Positions 54,381 through 64,000 of a stretch of 64,000 nt of DNA are shown piece after piece. The position numbers were made by a program, and so were the translations under genes. The stretch's first letter is position 1; each line of letters opens with the position of its first letter. The notes under the pieces are model-generated. The model did no database searches. It was not told where the DNA came from and was given only the letters and a program-made list of their open reading frames with translations. The DNA is from Octopus vulgaris (lineage: Eukaryota): NCBI GenBank assembly GCA_951406725.2, contig OX597820.1:81468001-81532000 (forward strand). The letters are read 5' to 3'.

Positions 54381-56129
54381 GAACAATACTGACATCACAC
54401 TGACCGCTACTACCAATACTACTAATATCATCTCCACCACCACCACCACACTGGATACCTTTGTTTAACCAGAGCTGAGACGGGTCCGCACAACAGCAGC
54501 AACAGCAATAACGATGACGACGACATTATAAGTATATAAGTTGCTAGCAGAAACTGTTACACTGTCGTCCAAATATTCCACCTAGTATCCTACATAGAAA
54601 CATCATCGTCATTATCACCACTATCAATTTCATCAGAACCACAGTCCCTCCCATCACCACCATCGTCTAGATAACCAGATAGCCATCTTGTTAGCCAGCT
54701 TGTAGATCACAGTTTCTCTTATATCTCTCACAATTTATGTTTTTGGTAGTGTTGGCCAATTACACTACATAACTGTTATTTCTAACGCCAAATAAATTAG
54801 TTGTAAGCTAAACTTGAAATTGGAATGAAACTATTTCATTTGTCAAATCTCACTGCTTTTCTTTTACGTCTTTGCATATTCTCGGTGTTATTTCTCAAAT
54901 TATACAGATTAATGAACTAACGTTATTATGGATAGTCCTATCAGAAATGACCTATAAACTGTGATGCCAATATTTTTATAATTTTAAGGCGTTGGGTAAG
55001 CTGGAAGAATCGTTAGCATGCCGGACAAAATGCGTAGCGGCATTTCGTCCGTCGTCATGTTCTGTGTTAAAATTCCGCCGAGTTTGACTTTGTCTTTCAT
55101 CCTTTTGGGGTCGATAAAATAAGTACCAGTCGAACACGGGGGTCGATGTAATCGATTTACTCCCACGCCTGAAATTGATGATCACATGCCAAAATTTGAA
55201 ATCAATATTTCTGTAATTTCTTTATTCTAGATGTGTTGTTGTTATACTTATAACATTTGCATTTTGTTTCCGGATGAAAGACTTTTGCAATATTTACACA
55301 GAATTTTTACTGGTTTCACTAGTGAAAGTCTAGTGGATAAGAACGATATCACCCATAATTTATGAATAAGAGTTTCAATCTCAAATTCAATCATGAATTA
55401 TGTAACACAGCTTGGAATAATGATGAAAGGTAGAGATTTATCTGATGGAAAGTAAATCTAAGTTTACATTCAAAAATAGTTATATCTTTTCGATATGGCA
55501 AGAGAACGAACAATAATAAACTTATAACTATAAAGACTTGTGATTTCTCCTATTGAAGCATTTTATATAATGTAAAGAAATGGTTAATTGGTTAAAAATG
55601 GGGGATGGGTAAAGTAAAACAAAAGAAAATAAAAATTAAATTAAAAATCTTTTTCATAACCATGTATGTGCGTGCGTGTATGCTTGTATAGATGCTCACC
55701 AACACACACACACGTATACACACACACACATACAGATACAGGTATATAACATAACCACATATATTCAAGCACGTCCCCACAATACTAAACCATACACTAC
55801 ATGCAAATATTCAGTTGCCATGCATCGTTCGCAACCAACTGAAATTATCTAATTAAAAATAAAGGAAGCTTAATTTCTTACTTTTGTTTAAATGAAAATG
55901 TCTTCAAATATAATTCCTCTAACATCCTTTCATTTACTTTTCTGAAATTCTGCGAATGATTTGTTTTAATCAAACCTTTTCCTATCTCCCTATAGATAAG
56001 AGTTACCTACTTACGTCACATGTTCCTATTCCCCAATCAAAATTATTGACACAGTTTTAGTAGCCCTTAATATCCTACATACTTCCTGCAGAAAAATAAT
56101 ACGATCCATTTCAAGTTTCACATCAATTT

Positions 56130-56595
56130 TAATACAATCCGTTACGTAATTCCTGTAGACGTTAATGCATTCGGCTACGCTTATCTTGTATCATACCAGT
56201 CCACTCCACACTTCTCAAAGACTTGGGTACAGCTCATTACACACTTCACATAGACTTGAAAAACAGTCCACTTTACAGTCTATATAGACAAAACAATCCA
56301 GAAAACACTCCTATAGACGCCAGTAGAGCCCACTACTGAAGAACTTTAATGAAGTCCACTACGCACTCACTGACGATATTCATACATACTGCAGCTCACA
56401 CTTTCTGTAGATTTCATAACAGTTCATTGCACACTTCATATGAACTTTAAACATCACGAATACGCACTTCTTGTAGAATTTAGTGCAGTCTACTACGCAT
56501 GTCATATAGTCCGCTACAAACATTCTGAAAGTAATAATTCAGCCCAATACATAATTCATGCAGAATTTAAAACATTCCATTAAACACTTCCAATA
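56130..56595. repeat. Highly degenerate ~33-bp minisatellite (CAGTCCACTACACACTTC.T.TAGACTT...)
   Basis: Recurring CAGTCCACT / CAGCTCATT / CAGTTCATT..CACTTC at roughly 33-bp spacing (e.g. ~56197, 56230, 56264). Confidence 0.5.
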
Positions 56596-56599
56596 GTGC

Positions 56600-58195
56600 T
56601 TTCCAGACAGGAAAGCAGTGAGAAATCCCCAAGACAACCCTGAAGAGACACCTGGAAGGCAAAGTGTCTTCCCCTAGCCAGCTTTCTTTTTGGCATTTTC
56701 AGTCAACAATAAAGAATCTTGAGGAGGAACTGGTAGAGCACTGCGTCTACCCGCAACGGACATTTTATGGTCTCACTTCAAGAGGTTTGCGTTCCTTGGC
56801 TTTTGAGGTTGCTGAGACCAATGAGGTCCTCCATAAATTCAATAAAGAAAAAAGAAAAGTTGGAACAGACTGGCTGGTTTGTTTTTTAAAGCGTCACACA
56901 ACACTGAGCCTGCGCACTGTTCAGTCAACGAGTGTTGGTTGTGCTGCAGCATTCAGCAGGGCCCAAGTTGGCAGGTTTTTTGATGATCTAAAAGAAGTTT
57001 ACCAGCAGCACCATTTCACAGCTGATCGGATTTTCAACATCGATGAAACAAGTCTGTTCTCAGTGCAGAGAGCTCCAAAAGTCAGGTTGGACGAATTGTT
57101 AGTGCTGAGAAAGGACGAACTATGATAGCAATGAGCATCACCGAGCATTTCATACCACCTGTATTTATCTTCAAGAGGAAGCGCATAGCCGACCAATTGC
57201 TTCATGGAGCACCAGAAACTTCAGTTGCTTAAGGAAGCGAAAATGGATGGATTGATCAGGAAACATTTTCTAAATGGCCACGCCATTTCACTCAACATAC
57301 AAATCCATCTGTTGAGAGAAAAGTGTTCCTCCTTTTGGACAATCACACACCAACCACATTAACTTGGATGTAATTGAACTTGCTCGCAAGCATGGCGTAA
57401 TCATGGTATTAATTCCACCTCATACCAACCACAAGCTTCAGCCCTTAGACAGGACCTTTTTTGCACCCCTCAAAACCTTTTATCACCAGGAAGTTGACAA
57501 GTGGATCATCAATCACCTAGGTCAGCGGGTCGATGACTTCAAAGTTACTGCCTTTTTTGGAGAGGCCTTCATACGAGCTGCAACAGTTCAAATTCCTGCA
57601 GTGGATTTCGTTGCACTGGGGTCTGGCCATACAATCCGGATGTGTTTGGTGATGTCGATTTTATTTCGGCAGAAGTCACTGAAATTGCTGATCCCAAGGG
57701 AAGCCCAGCGCCATCACAGGAACAACCACAAGTAGATCCTGCACCCTCCCAGTCTTATGATCCATCTGTCAAACTTGCAGATGGATGCAAAAGTCAAGAA
57801 GACACAGAGGTAGACTTACATAATTCACCACAACAAAGAATCTCTATTGTTTCCTTGTCACCTGTTCCACGAACTCAGGATACAGCAAGAAAAAGAAGAG
57901 CTCAAAAACTTCAGAGTGCTTCACCAGTTCACCTTTTAAAGACTTTCTCTCAGCTAAAGCTATGAAAAAACCAACAACTAAACCAACGGCAAGGAGAAAT
58001 GCTCGCAAAATGAAGACCCCTGGAAGTGTGCTGAAGACACCAGCCTGCACATCAAAAACAACAGACAAGGAGTTCCATTGCACTTTCTATGACGACAGAA
58101 AATTGGATTGACTGCCAGATGTGCAGGGAATGGGCACATGAAAAGTGTGCTGGGGTTGAAATTGATGACGTTACATTCATTTGTGAACTTTAAGT
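56600..58195 (+). pseudogene. pogo-family transposase pseudogene (CENP-B-type HTH, DDE_1, C-terminal PHD-like finger)
   Basis: FYGLT...LRSLAF, GTDWL..FLKRH..LSLR, RIFNIDET, GWID, LLLDNH, IPPHTNHKLQPLDRTFFAPLK and WIDCQMCREWAHEKCAG; frameshifted. Confidence 0.85.
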
Positions 58196-58942
58196 CCCCC
58201 GTAGGCTCGAAACGTTAAAGACTTGTTTTATTTATATTTCCTGAGCGCCATACTAATACAATTGTTCGTTTGTTTTCCACCTGCCTTCGTCTTTTGTTTA
58301 TTTTCATAAAGCTTCCCGTTGTATATTATGCGCTCACGTGGTCTCACTTTCATCCTATATTCTACCAATACCACTATCAACACTTACCTCTACCTTGGAT
58401 TTTCTTTACCTCTTGGATACTTACCATTGGCTGCACCTCTCTTTCGCGGATCAAAGTGACTTTGCATTGATGTGAAATCCTTAAAAAATATACCACGACG
58501 TCTACACATTTCTCACCTTGAACTTTCAACCTTGAACTTGTTCGCATAAACTGTCCCGTTTGTTGTATTTTTATTTTCTCTTATATTACCACTTTTTTTA
58601 CATTCATTTCATGCTTTCCACATTTTCCTGAATTTTTGTTCTCCTTTCCGTCTTTCTTCCCTCTCTGGATGTCCATACTCCGTTTCCTCTGCCTGCACCC
58701 CCTTTTTTTGCCTCCCCCTCTCTCTGCTTCCCTTCTTTCTTTCCCTTTTCCGTTTGCCCCGTCTTTTCTGCCCCTATCGCTTACTTATCTAGTTTTTTCA
58801 TACGATTATTATTTTTTTTATTTTTTTGAACGTTTGTTTTTTCCCCTTTTTTCGCTATCCTTTTTTTCTATTTTTTTCATACGATAATTTTTGTTTTTTG
58901 TTTTTTTTGTTTTTTCGAACGTTTTTTTTCCGCTATCCCATC

Positions 58943-61830
58943 ATGCCGGATCCTAGGTCCTACCTCCTCACCCTCCATCACCGTTTGAAGGATCATCTCC
59001 GTTCGCTTCCTGTATATTGCCTTCAGCCGTCCGTTAATCTCTCTCTACTTCTTTTTAAAAAAACCCGCTTCTCTAGCCATGTCTCTTTCCTAAGCCGCTG
59101 CCTACATCACCGACTCATCCCTAAAGGTTTCCGCCTCCACTTCCACCCTGCTCTCCACTCGGATTCTTCCATCTTACCCATACTCCGCACCACATCTTAC
59201 CGCCTTATGCGGGCCACCATTCGCTCCAATCTCTCCAAACTACATGCCATCAACCGCCTTCTTCCTCCTGCTTTCTCCACCTTCTTCTCCTCTCTGCCGC
59301 CTCTCTATGCTCCAAACACGCTACGCTTCATTATCCATTTGAATCAACTCTTCCATCAATTTCTTTCTGATACCAAACTTCGTAAACTCCAATCACTCTT
59401 CCATTCCACCCTACCCGACGCCACTACCCCAACTCCTCCACCACCTTCTCCCCTCCCGATAGGCTCCCTCCACCCACACCTAACCCCACTGCCCCTCCCT
59501 ACAACCCCTTCTCCCCTCCCGTTAGGCTCCATCCACCTACACCTAACCCTACTGCCCCGCCCAACCACCCTCCACACACCTCCCCAATCCCTCCCCCTCA
59601 GACCTCCACGAGACCTACCACCCCTCCTACTTCTATTCCACCCACCCCTTCTCCACTTCCGTCTGTTGTTACCATTCCCCCCGATCTTCCCCTCTCTGCG
59701 GCTGAACGCTCCGTCCTTGGTAGGGGTCTGCGTTTCATCCCCCTCACTCCATCCTGTAAGGAATTCCAGACGCGAGTTGATGTCCACAGCTTTGTGCGCC
59801 GTGTCCGGTTGGGTGCGCATTACCACGACTCGCCACCCACACCCAACGAAGAGGACTGCTTCACTGGCCTGGGCCGCAGACCATCCCCGTGGACGCCTGC
59901 CCCTGGCCAGATCCTAGCAGTGGATCTTTTCGCGGGCGCTTGTCAGCGTGCATTGGAGCGGTTCAACTTCTCCAGGCGCCAACGCCGCCTCAACATCTCC
60001 CCGGCTGAGCTCTTGGCTCTTCGTTCCCTCCAACGGCGCGCTGACATTATCATCAAACCGGCTGACAAGGGTGGAGCTGTAGTGGTGTGGCACGCGGACC
60101 TCTATAGGGCCGAGGCTTTCCGCCAACTCAATGACACCTCCTTCTATTCCCCTCTGCCCTCTAACCCCACACGTAGCTACCAACAGATGGTATCCTCTAC
60201 TGTCCAAGACCTCATCTCGTCCTCCCGTCTCCCCCGCACCGCATCCAACCTAATTGTGCGAACCCCACGTACCCCCACCATTTACTTCCTCCCCAAAATC
60301 CACAAACCCAACAACCCTGGCCGCCCCATCGTCTCCGCCTGTAACTGCCCCACGGAGCTCATCTCTAAATACCTCGACCGTGTCCTTGCCCCCCTAGTGG
60401 CATCTCTTCCCTCCCACATCCACGATACCAACCATGCTCTCCGGCTTTTCAACTCTTTCTCCTTTCCTCCCGGCTCCTCCAAAATCCTTTTTACTATGGA
60501 CATCCAAAGCCTCTATACTGTTATCCCTCACCACGAAGGACTGCAGGCCCTTCGACACTTTCTTGACCTCCGCTTTAACCCTGTACCTGACACCTCCACA
60601 CTCATTCGTCTGGCTGAACTTGTCCTTACTCTGAACTGCTTCTCGTTCGCGGGCGAGTTCTACCATCAGGTCTCGGGAGTGGCCATGGGAACGCGAATGG
60701 GCCCCAACTATGCGAACCTGTTCGTTGGCTATGTTGAGGCCCAAATATTCTCTAATTTCACTGGTCCCACTCCTGAACTATATGGTCGTTACATTGACGA
60801 CATTATCGGTGCCACCTCACTCTCCCGCGAACATCTAGATTCCTTCCTCTCTTTCGTCCAATCTTTCCATCCAGCCCTCCACTTCACTTCCACTATCTCC
60901 AACACCTCTGTCTCCTTCCTCGACATTTCGGTTAGCATTCTTCACTCCACTCTTACCACCTCCATTCACTACAAACACACAGACTCACACTCATACCTCA
61001 ACTTCTCTTCCTCCCACCCAGAACACACCAAGCTTTCCATCCCCTATTCCCAATTCCTCCGTCTACGTCCATGACTTTGAGACTCAGTCTCAACGTATGG
61101 CTCACCACTTCACCCTACGTGGATACCCCCTCACCACTATCCACACCGCCCTTGCCAGAGCACGGTCCGTGGACCGTGTATCTGCTCTCTCTCCCCGAAC
61201 CCGCCCTGTAGTCTCCCGCCTCCCTTTTCCCCTCACTTACCACCCCACGACCCTACGTCTCCAACGCACCATTCTTCGAGCTTTCCGTCATCTCCAGTCC
61301 GACCCGTCCACTTCACACCTCTTCCCTAACCGACCCCTCCCCTCTTTCAAACGAGCCCACAACCTTCGAGACCTTTTGGTCCATAGCTCCTTCCCTGACC
61401 CTACCTCCCAACCCGGCTCGTTCCCCTGCTCCCGCCCACGTTGCCGCACTTGCCCTTACCTCTCCAACACCACCCGCCTCACTAGCACCCACCATCGACC
61501 CTATCCCATCATCCACTCCTTCACCTGCACCTCCAGCAATATTATCTATTGCATCTCTTGCTCTCTCTGCAATTCCTTGTACATCGGACAAACGGGACGC
61601 CGCTTGGCTGACCGGTTCGCGGAACACCTTCGTGACATCCACCTTGCGAACGACACACCGGTCTCACGCCATTTCCGCTCCACCGGTCACTCCTTGCAAC
61701 ACCTATCTGTGTTCGGTTTGTCCTTACACAGAGGCCATCCGGATTCCCGTTTGCGCCGTGAACAGGAATTAATCTTCTCTCTTCGCTCTTATACGCCATT
61801 TGGTCTCAACTCTCCCCCCTCCTCATCTAA
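58943..61830 (+). pseudogene. PLE polyprotein (N-terminal domain, RT, Cys-rich linker, GIY-YIG endonuclease) broken into three reading segments
   Basis: ATG at 58943 (SHVSFLSRCL...LIPKGF); RT frame LSAAERSVLGRGLRFIP, IKPADKGGAVVV, YFLPKIHK, GRPIVS, MDIQSLYT, GVAMGT, YIDD (60790-60801), FLDI; then CSRPRCRTC, NIIYCISCSLC..LYIGQTGRRLADRFAEH. Confidence 0.92.
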
Positions 61831-62189
61831 CCCCCTCTCCCCCTCCTCACCTATCCTTTCCCCCCTACCCCTACTTCTTCAGTCCTTCATCCTTTCACCC
61901 CTACTCCCCTTCCCTTCTTCCCTCTTTCTCCCTCCCTCTTCCCCTTCCCTCTGCTCCCTCACTCCCTCTCTCCCCTTCTCTCCCCCTCTCCCTCTTTCCT
62001 CCTTCATCCCCCTCCTCCCCTTCATCCTCCCCCTCCTCTCCTCTTCCCCCTCTCCTCCCCCTCTTCTTCCCCTCCCCTTCTCTCCCCCCTCCCCATCCCC
62101 CTCTCTCCCCATCCCCCTCTTCTCCTCACTACACCACATGACTTTACACATCACATCACATATGATGTGCCATACTAATACATACACCA

Positions 62190-62512
62190 ACTAATACATA
62201 CTAATACGTACTAATACATACTAGTACATACTAATACATACACCAACCCTATACATACACACGTCCAGACCCCGCATACGCACTTATACTCTCTCATACA
62301 CACACACACACACTTATACATACTAATACGTACTAATACATACTAATACATACTAATACATACACCAACCCCATACATACGCACGTCCAGACCAATCCTA
62401 CGCACTAATACTCTCTCATACACACACACACACACACACACACACCCTTATACATACTAATACATACACCAACCCTATACATACACACATCCAGACCCCT
62501 CCTACGCACTAT
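62190..62512 (+). repeat. Nested tandem repeats in the PLE 3' region (10-bp ATACATACTA units within three ~100-120-bp blocks)
   Basis: CATACACCAACCCYATACATAC.CAC.TCCAGACC occurs three times. Confidence 0.8.
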
Positions 62513-62683
62513 TAGCTGGTCCCTCAACCCTATTATCAACCCTATTATCTCCCCTTATTTCGCTCTCGCGTCTCATGTTTGATCTTTGACCTCTGGCCGA
62601 AATCAGATCGCCATGTTGATTCGTTAGCTACTGCACGCATTTTTTTCTCTCCTTCTTTCTGTGTTTTTTTTTCTCTCTGTGTA

Positions 62684-62721
62684 TCTTTCTGTTGAAGAGC
62701 GTAGGCTCGAAACGTTAAAGA
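62684..62721 (+). ncRNA. Minimal type I hammerhead ribozyme-like motif in the PLE pseudo-LTR
   Basis: Stem I TCTTT/AAAGA; core CTGTTGA + A; stem II GAGC-GTAG-GCTC; GAAAC; GTT triplet; palindromic AACGTT in place of stem III. Confidence 0.7.
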
Positions 62722-64000
62722 CTTGTTTTATTTATATTTCCTGAGCGCCATACTAATACAATTGTTCGTTTGTTTTCCACCTGCCTTCGTCTTTTGTTTA
62801 TTTTCATAAAGCTTCCCGTTATATATATATATATATATATATATAGGGAGATGAAGATCCTCGAGTGGCTGAAAGTTTGTGTGTGTGTGTCTGTGTGTGT
62901 GTGTGTGTGTGTTACTACTAGATGTCACATTAACTTTTATGTGACGTAAATGTTTCAAAAATAATTCTTATATTTTAAATTAACTCTATAATTCTTCGAT
63001 ACGGTTCAATAACTCATGGTACCAAATACATAGAATCTCTAGGTTTATGGATTTAAACAAGGATCATATTCACAACAGCATCATAGACACTGCAAGGCAC
63101 TAAAATCATTATTTATGTCTTACAATAAAAGCCCAGCATCTTTGACTGCATAGAAGAAGCTTTAAGGCGGGAAGATACTTTCTGAGGCATAAGAGCCAAG
63201 CTTCGCAAAATACAACCAGATGATTTTTATAAAAAGGAGAACGGATTAAGTTCACCAATGACGATTTATATAACCATCTAAAAAATATATATTTCACTGA
63301 CTCGACACAATAAATAAAAGTCAATTCTTACACAAATTGCTTTACACCGTCTTACAAAAGAAACAACACATTAGATAACATGGCCTTATATATACATTAC
63401 TTTTTAGAATATGATATATGGCATAGGATATGGCATAGAATATGAGATAGGTCTGCTATCAGCTTGACAATCTCGAGCTAGAGAATACTCATTCAAGGCA
63501 CTCTTCAAAACAAATTTCATCGCCTTTAGAATCATACATTTTACTATAAAAATAATATAGAGTTATCTCCCTTGAATTTTTCGAGCCTAGGTTTCAAGGG
63601 AGACAACTTTAAACGTACGTTGAGATGTCGACATTTCTGGTTGGAATTCATTCGACGGACTATGACGGACTGGTGGCAAATCCTCGTAACTTAACTGGAC
63701 CTACATTCAAATTATTTTGTACGAAGCACCAATTCTTCCTTTCCACGCGGAAGTAAACACACACACGCACGTGTACTCAGATAACACATACACATTCACG
63801 CACACACATAGACACGCACACGCGCAATTTATATGTAAAAATGTCACACTTCAGGTTTTCTTCAATGTTTTCATATTGCCGGAAATTTCTATTAACACAA
63901 AACCGGCTATGGCTCGTAGTACAAATGTCTTGTTTTCATAGGTTTTGCATTAAAATATACCACCAAACCTTAGTCGCAATTTATGTTCCTAACGCTTGTT

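Larger units (their letters stand above)
58200..62820 (+). mobile_element. Young Penelope-like retroelement (Neptune-like) with partial-tandem pseudo-LTR
   Basis: 58200-58320 is identical to 62700-62820 (offset 4500); contains RT and GIY-YIG coding sequence; ends in (TA)n. Confidence 0.93.

Noticed and set aside
61072-61074. Selenocysteine UGA as in Naiad-type PLEs
   Set aside because: The TGA arises from a 17-nt deletion and downstream coding is in a different frame.
61830-62194. Leu/Pro/Ser-rich C-terminal extension of the PLE ORF and antisense Arg/Gly ORFs
   Set aside because: Low-complexity polypyrimidine tract read through by chance after the GIY-YIG domain ends.

Overview
Eukaryotic, AT-rich, extremely repeat-dense genomic DNA; the repeat families suggest an octopus/cephalopod genome (inference). 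No intact host protein-coding exon could be supported, and nearly all listed ORFs are microsatellite artefacts or transposon remnants. The window contains: (1) a young, near full-length Penelope-like element (PLE; RT + GIY-YIG) at 58200-62820, bounded by an identical 121-bp pseudo-LTR repeat and carrying a variant minimal hammerhead-ribozyme motif, plus older PLE copies and hammerhead relics; (2) R4/Dong-clade non-LTR retrotransposon fragments and a ~550-bp non-coding element, both repeatedly sitting in (TAA)n tracts; (3) a ~3.8-kb array of 26-bp units with a conserved core and a variable segment; (4) a near-perfect ~430-bp inverted duplication followed by an NRF1-motif minisatellite; (5) three tRNA-derived SINE families; and (6) decayed mariner, maT-like, pogo, hATm-like, Sola2-like, hAT MITE, Helitron-like, Gypsy, CR1, RTE and L1/Tx1 elements. 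Coordinates were read by eye; element edges are approximate unless stated as exact.
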